10,674 nucleotides of DNA from assembly GCA_041940685.1 (NCBI GenBank), contig JBGTRP010000180.1, positions 1 through 10,674 on the forward strand, read 5' to 3'. This document shows, piece by piece, positions 6,894 through 10,674 of this stretch. Within the stretch, counting starts at the first letter, position 1. Each line of letters opens with the position of its first letter. The position numbers and the translations under genes were made by a program. The notes beneath the pieces were generated by a model. That model searched no databases and had not been told where the DNA came from. It saw only the letters and a program-made list of their open reading frames with translations. The stretch is from Acanthopleuribacteraceae bacterium. Lineage in GTDB: Bacteria > Acidobacteriota > Holophagae > Acanthopleuribacterales > Acanthopleuribacteraceae.

Positions 6894-8966
6894 TTACTTT
6901 TCGATGATTTCCGCGGAGTGCCCACCCAGACCCAGTTTCTCTACCCAGGAGAGGATCTTTTTCAGGCCCTCGCGTTCTGAATCCTTTTCGGTGAGTCCGA
7001 TCCATTTGGAGATCAGGGCGGCAAGCGAAATGTTTTTCAGGTCCTCGGAGCTCATCCCGAATTTGGAGACAAAGCTTCTGAGTTGCTGCTTGAATTCCTC
7101 GCCGTCGCCGGTAAAGAAGGTTTCCTTGATATCGCCCAAGACCCGGCTATTGTCCACCAGCCTGTCCACGGACTTGCCCTGGGTGACGGCGCCCACAATC
7201 TTCTCGAAGAACATGGATTCTCCGCCCACGATATCGATCTTGGCGGCCTTGAGCGCCTCGCGGATCACCGATGCCTGAGCCTCGGCGATTTCTTTCTGGA
7301 TGCCGATCTGCGAGAGCTCGATTTCCTTTTCCTTCATGAGCCTGAGCTTAAATTCCTCGTGATCGCGGCCCGCGCCGTCGAAAAGGCGCATGGCCTCGGC
7401 CTTTTCCTTGATGCCGGTGGCCTCTGACTGATATTTCTTGAGCAGCACATTGGCCTCGGTTTCGCCCTCGCGCTCCTTGGCCTCCGCCTTGGCCTGAATG
7501 CCACTGGCCTCGGCGAGGTATTTCTTCTCCAGTACCGTGGCTTCGGCGATGCCCTGCATCTCGGTGGCGTGGGCCTTGGCCTCCATCACTTGAGTTTCCG
7601 CGAGCCCGATGGCGGCCTCCTCCGCGGCTTGGGCCTCTGCAAGGAACTTACGCGCCTCCGCGTTCTTGTCCGCGGCCTTCTGGCCGGCTTCCGCCTCGAT
7701 GATTTTTTGTTCGGCCTCGAGCTCCGCCGCCCGTTTCTCGGCCTCGGCCGCCTTGATCGTTTTGACCAGGGACTCCTCGGCTTCCTTTTGCGCTTGTGTG
7801 ACGGCCACCTGCTTGCCGCGGTCGGCTTCCGCGAAGGCTCGCGTATCCTTGATCTTTTCCTCTTCCTGGACGACCGCCTTTTCCACCACCACCCGTTCGC
7901 GAATGACGTCCTGGATGTTTTTGCGCTCCTCTTCCACCGCCTTTTCTTTCTCGATATTGGCCAGGGTGACGATTCGTTCGCGCTCGACCACCTCCAGCAG
8001 GCGGTCTTTTTCGATGCGCTCGGTTTCGATGGACTCGGTGCGCTGCTTATTCTTCTGCGCCACGATCACCTGGCGTTCCTGGTTTTGGGTGGCGACCTGC
8101 ACCTCTTCATCCGTCTGGATGCGGGCCAACTCGGCCTTGCGCCGTTCTTCCTGTTGGATGCGTTTGGTCTCCGCCTCTTCACGCGCCTTGATGGACTCGA
8201 TTTCCCGCTGTTGCTTCTGTTTGCTCTCCGCCAACTGACGGTCGAGCTCCAGGATGGCCTCCGCGGCCTCCACATCCTGCTGTTTAATGGTCTTGGCGCG
8301 GTCGCGGTCGATTTGGTTGGACAGCACCTTCTGGCGGGAGGTGAGCTCGGTGATTTTTTTGATGCCCTCGGCGTCGAGAATATTGTCGGGACTCAGGTGG
8401 CCGAGCTCCGTTTGCTCCAGGTAATCAATGGCGCAATCCTCGAGCACATAACCGCTGAGATCGGTGCCGATCACCTGGAGGATCTCCTCCTTGAAGCGCT
8501 GGCGCGATTGATAGAGCTCCACGAAATCGAAGTTCTTACCCACGGTTTTAAGCGCCTCCGAGAACTTGGCGTCGAACAGCTCTTCCAGGGCGGACTGATT
8601 GGAGGCGCGCTGGGTGCCGATGGATTGGGCGACGTCCATGACCGATTGTTCGGTGTTGTTGATGCGCATGAAAAAGGCGACCTTGATGTCGGCGCGCATA
8701 TTGTCCCGGCAAACAAGGCCGTCGGTGCCGCTGCGCTGTATCTCGATGCGCTTGACGGAAATGTCCATAATCTCCAGCCGCCGAAAAATGGGGATCACCA
8801 GGAGCCCGCTGAAGGAAACCTTGGGTTTGGCGCCTCCGGTAAGGATCAGCGCCTTGCCCTGCTCGGCCTTGACATAAAACTTCTTGTAAAAGGCCGCGAT
8901 GCCTATCAGCATGAAAACAATGCTAACGCCGATCACAATAAAGAGATTTCCGAATAATTCCGCCAT
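6894..8966 (-). CDS. Flotillin-family SPFH/band-7 protein (YqiK/FloT-like), unusually long at ~690 aa
   Basis: The N-terminal hydrophobic segment LFGNLFIVIGVSIVFMLIGIAAFY is a membrane anchor. An SPFH domain follows (ALILTGGAKPKVSFSGLLVIPIFRRLEIMDISVKRIEIQ...DNMRADIKVAFFMRINN...). After it comes a very long Glu/Ala/Lys-rich coiled coil with flotillin-type EA repeats. The ORF track starts at TTG 8987, but the in-frame ATG at 8966 (MAELFGNLF) sits 6 nt after GGAGG, so I place the start there. That start is 1 nt downstream of the nfeD stop (TGAcATG), which indicates translational coupling. Confidence 0.9.
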   Translation of the reverse strand: MAELFGNLFIVIGVSIVFMLIGIAAFYKKFYVKAEQGKALILTGGAKPKVSFSGLLVIPIFRRLEIMDISVKRIEIQRSGTDGLVCRDNMRADIKVAFFMRINNTEQSVMDVAQSIGTQRASNQSALEELFDAKFSEALKTVGKNFDFVELYQSRQRFKEEILQVIGTDLSGYVLEDCAIDYLEQTELGHLSPDNILDAEGIKKITELTSRQKVLSNQIDRDRAKTIKQQDVEAAEAILELDRQLAESKQKQQREIESIKAREEAETKRIQQEERRKAELARIQTDEEVQVATQNQERQVIVAQKNKQRTESIETERIEKDRLLEVVERERIVTLANIEKEKAVEEERKNIQDVIRERVVVEKAVVQEEEKIKDTRAFAEADRGKQVAVTQAQKEAEESLVKTIKAAEAEKRAAELEAEQKIIEAEAGQKAADKNAEARKFLAEAQAAEEAAIGLAETQVMEAKAHATEMQGIAEATVLEKKYLAEASGIQAKAEAKEREGETEANVLLKKYQSEATGIKEKAEAMRLFDGAGRDHEEFKLRLMKEKEIELSQIGIQKEIAEAQASVIREALKAAKIDIVGGESMFFEKIVGAVTQGKSVDRLVDNSRVLGDIKETFFTGDGEEFKQQLRSFVSKFGMSSEDLKNISLAALISKWIGLTEKDSEREGLKKILSWVEKLGLGGHSAEIIEK
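7400..7600 (-). repeat. Intragenic tandem duplication (~33 codons x2) in the flotillin coiled-coil tail
   Basis: Protein repeats TEATVLEKKYLAEASGIQAKAEA and TEANVLLKKYQSEATGIKEKAEA. The corresponding DNA units are both of the form ggcctcgg...gtatttcttc/gag...ggcctcc. Confidence 0.6.
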
Positions 8967-8967
8967 G

Positions 8968-9654
8968 TCAGTCCTCCCACGCATCAAAATGTTCTACATA
9001 ATAAAAATTCGCGGCCGCATCCTTCTCGATGATCAGGGCCCGGCTCCCCTTGGGGAGCTTTTCACCAGGGCGCGTTCTCACGTTCACCACGAAGGGCGAG
9101 CCATCCGTGATGACCCTGCCTTGCGCCAGGCGAGACTCATCCGCGTCCGACAACAGAGTGCAAACCTGACCTTGCACGCTGCTGAGAGCCTTGCCGCCCA
9201 CTCCCGCGAATAGCTTCGCCAACGGCGTGGTTACCAGCTTGGTGAGCAAGACGCCGCCCAATAAAATGGGGATATAAGTCAGGAACGCCACCCAATCGAG
9301 GGGCGCCGGCCACGCGATCCGGATGACCATGGCAAGGGTCCAAAGGCTCAGGCTGAAAATACTGATGACCACCATGAACGGGATCGCGCCGATATTGAAA
9401 AAGGTAAGCACATCCGCCAGGTGGCCCGGATCGGCATGCAGATCGGCGTCCGCGTCAAGGTCCGAGTGGAGATCCATATCGGCATGAAGGTCTACATCCA
9501 AATCAGGACCCTGATGGCCGTCCAAATGAAAATCGAGGAAATCCAGGTCCAGCGCGCCGATAATGACCCCCAGCCAATAGACCATCACCAGGCCAAGGAA
9601 CAGAGTAAACGGCAGGTTTATGGTGGTCGTGGCCGCCTGCCAGAGCTCCAGCAT
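8968..9654 (-). CDS. NfeD/YqiJ-like inner-membrane protein. It is the short NfeD form, with an OB-fold C-terminus and no protease domain. It is the upstream partner of the flotillin gene.
   Basis: There are three predicted transmembrane helices (TTTINLPFTLFLGLVMVYWLGVIIGAL; VLTFFNIGAIPFMVVISIFSLSLWTLAMVI; WVAFLTYIPILLGGVLLTKLV). The C-terminal soluble domain GQVCTLLSDADESRLAQGRVITDGSPFVVNVRTRPGEKLPKGSRALIIEKD is typical of the NfeD beta-barrel. Gene order, with nfeD directly upstream of and overlapping a flotillin gene, matches the yqiJ-yqiK and nfeD2-floT pairs. The ATG at 9654 is preceded by AGGAGGAG. Confidence 0.85.
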   Translation of the reverse strand: MLELWQAATTTINLPFTLFLGLVMVYWLGVIIGALDLDFLDFHLDGHQGPDLDVDLHADMDLHSDLDADADLHADPGHLADVLTFFNIGAIPFMVVISIFSLSLWTLAMVIRIAWPAPLDWVAFLTYIPILLGGVLLTKLVTTPLAKLFAGVGGKALSSVQGQVCTLLSDADESRLAQGRVITDGSPFVVNVRTRPGEKLPKGSRALIIEKDAAANFYYVEHFDAWED

Positions 9655-9657
9655 AGT

Positions 9658-9665
9658 CTCCTCCT
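9658..9665 (-). promoter_or_regulatory. Shine-Dalgarno sequence (AGGAGGAG) for the nfeD-like gene
   Basis: The sequence is the revcomp of ctcctcct. The spacer to the ATG at 9654 is 3-5 nt. Confidence 0.7.
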
Positions 9666-9959
9666 GATAAATGGCGACCTCCGCGCCGGGACGAGCGCTT
9701 CCTCCTGGGGACTCCTCCGCCTTGGCGGCGGAAAGCCGTGCTCGGGGTTTGGAGATCGTTTCGCATGCCCTTACCCGTCCCCGAGCCTTCTCTTCTGGAA
9801 GAAGGACGGAAAAAAGAGATCACTATGAGTTAAGTGTAAAAGAGCCAGGAATCATCTCATCCGCGAGGGCCGTTTTATCACCGGGCCGCGGGGGCTGAAT
9901 CCATGGGAGCGCGTTGAAATTTCGGCCGTTCCCGATAGCCCCATGAAGCCGGGTGGGCG

Positions 9960-10674
9960 CTATTCGTACATGGACTCGATCACGGATGTGTACTTCTGGT
10001 TGACCACCTTGCGCTTGACCTTCATGCTGGGCGTGAGCTCGCCGCCCTCCACGGATAGAATTTCCGGGATGATGGTGAATTTCTTGACCCGCTCGTAGTG
10101 GGCGAACCCGTTCATCTGTTTTTCGATCTCCGTCTCAATGAGCTTCAGAAAATCGGGGTTTTGAGAGAGGGCGATGGGGTCGGTTGGCCAAGCCTTGGCC
10201 GGGGCCCACTCCTCGACGTTCTCCCAAGGCGGCATAATGAGCGCCGAAACGAAATTGCGTTTGTCGCCGATGATGACGGCCTGCTCAATCATGGGGCTCA
10301 GCTTGAGGGCGTTTTCCAGGGGCTGTGGCGCAATGTTCTTTCCTCCCGAGGTGACGATGAGATCCTTTTTGCGGTCCGTGATGGTGAGGTAGTTGTCCTC
10401 GTCCAGGACACCAATATCGCCGGTATGAAACCAGCCGTCCACGATCGCCTCGGCCGTGGAGGAGCAGGCCGCGACCACGAGCGAGATCGCTCGCTCGGGA
10501 AGAAACTCGACGTGAAACAGCTTCTCCGAGAGTGAAACAAATGGATTCGTCGGCAACCCTGGCTGCGACGGCGTGAGCATCCACGTGAGCAGTTCCCAGC
10601 GTGAGACTCGGTCCACCGGTCCCGGGGCGCTGCTGTAGATCGTGTGTGCAAAGAACGCAGCCAGGAACGCAACT
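9960..10674 (-). CDS. Long-chain fatty-acid--CoA ligase (AMP-dependent synthetase), C-terminal ~235 aa only. The gene continues beyond the window edge.
   Basis: The C-terminal-domain motifs [10 protein letters not shown]...[26 protein letters not shown]...[21 protein letters not shown]...[13 protein letters not shown]...[10 protein letters not shown] are conserved in ACSL/FadD-type enzymes. The frame stays open to 10674, so the ORF-track start at 10616 is an internal GTG. Confidence 0.8.
   Translation of the reverse strand, partial: VAFLAAFFAHTIYSSAPGPVDRVSRWELLTWMLTPSQPGLPTNPFVSLSEKLFHVEFLPERAISLVVAACSSTAEAIVDGWFHTGDIGVLDEDNYLTITDRKKDLIVTSGGKNIAPQPLENALKLSPMIEQAVIIGDKRNFVSALIMPPWENVEEWAPAKAWPTDPIALSQNPDFLKLIETEIEKQMNGFAHYERVKKFTIIPEILSVEGGELTPSMKVKRKVVNQKYTSVIESMYE

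Noticed and set aside
7569-8957. 462-aa and 209-aa plus-strand ORFs antisense to the flotillin gene
   Set aside because: They are Leu/Gly/Asp-rich or Ser/Ala-rich low-complexity products of reading the EA-repeat coiled-coil codons (GAG/GCC) backwards.
8880-9001. Apparent frameshifts when translating the printed sequence across the line boundaries 8880/8881 (extra base) and 9000/9001 (missing base)
   Set aside because: The ORF-track translations for three independent ORFs (flotillin, nfeD, and 8899..9213 on the plus strand) all read through cleanly and agree with each other. This points to a text or line artefact in the printed sequence rather than a biological frameshift or pseudogene. Coordinates of small motifs in this span are ±1.
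10440-10674. Atypical sequence (…[18 protein letters not shown]) just N-terminal of the GWFHTGD motif in the acyl-CoA synthetase fragment; possible frameshift or pseudogene
   Set aside because: The frame is open to the window edge. The other two frames give nonsense. Too little of the gene is visible to judge, and this linker region is variable among AMP-binding enzymes.
1-10674. Mobile-element, CRISPR or defence-island hallmarks
   Set aside because: I found no transposase, integrase, tRNA or direct repeats flanking the module, and no spacer-repeat arrays. GC content looks uniform across the window, so horizontal acquisition is not evident from sequence alone.

Overview
The window is high-GC (~60%), bacterial, and densely coding. 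The plus strand carries a translationally coupled pair: a small alpha+beta protein (31..450) followed by a TetR-family regulator (447..1052; ATGA start/stop overlap). A 384-bp gap separates them from a convergent minus-strand block. That block, read 5'->3' on the minus strand, is an NfeD/YqiJ-like membrane protein (9654..8968), then an unusually long SPFH/flotillin-family protein (8966..6894), then a 1781-aa soluble protein (6782..1437) with a single MoxR/AAA_5-type AAA+ module flanked by large domains of unknown function. The 3' end of a long-chain acyl-CoA synthetase gene (9960..10674, minus strand) runs off the right edge. I saw no rRNA, tRNA, CRISPR array, transposase or integrase. The most interesting point is the direct linkage of the known nfeD-flotillin pair to the giant AAA+ protein as an apparent three-gene module: the first two genes are translationally coupled, and the third follows after a 111-bp structured spacer. 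I do not recognise this architecture as a described system. Note on coordinates: the printed sequence and the ORF track disagree by one base between ~8881 and ~9000, at two line boundaries. I used the ORF-track coordinates there, so small motifs in that span are ±1.
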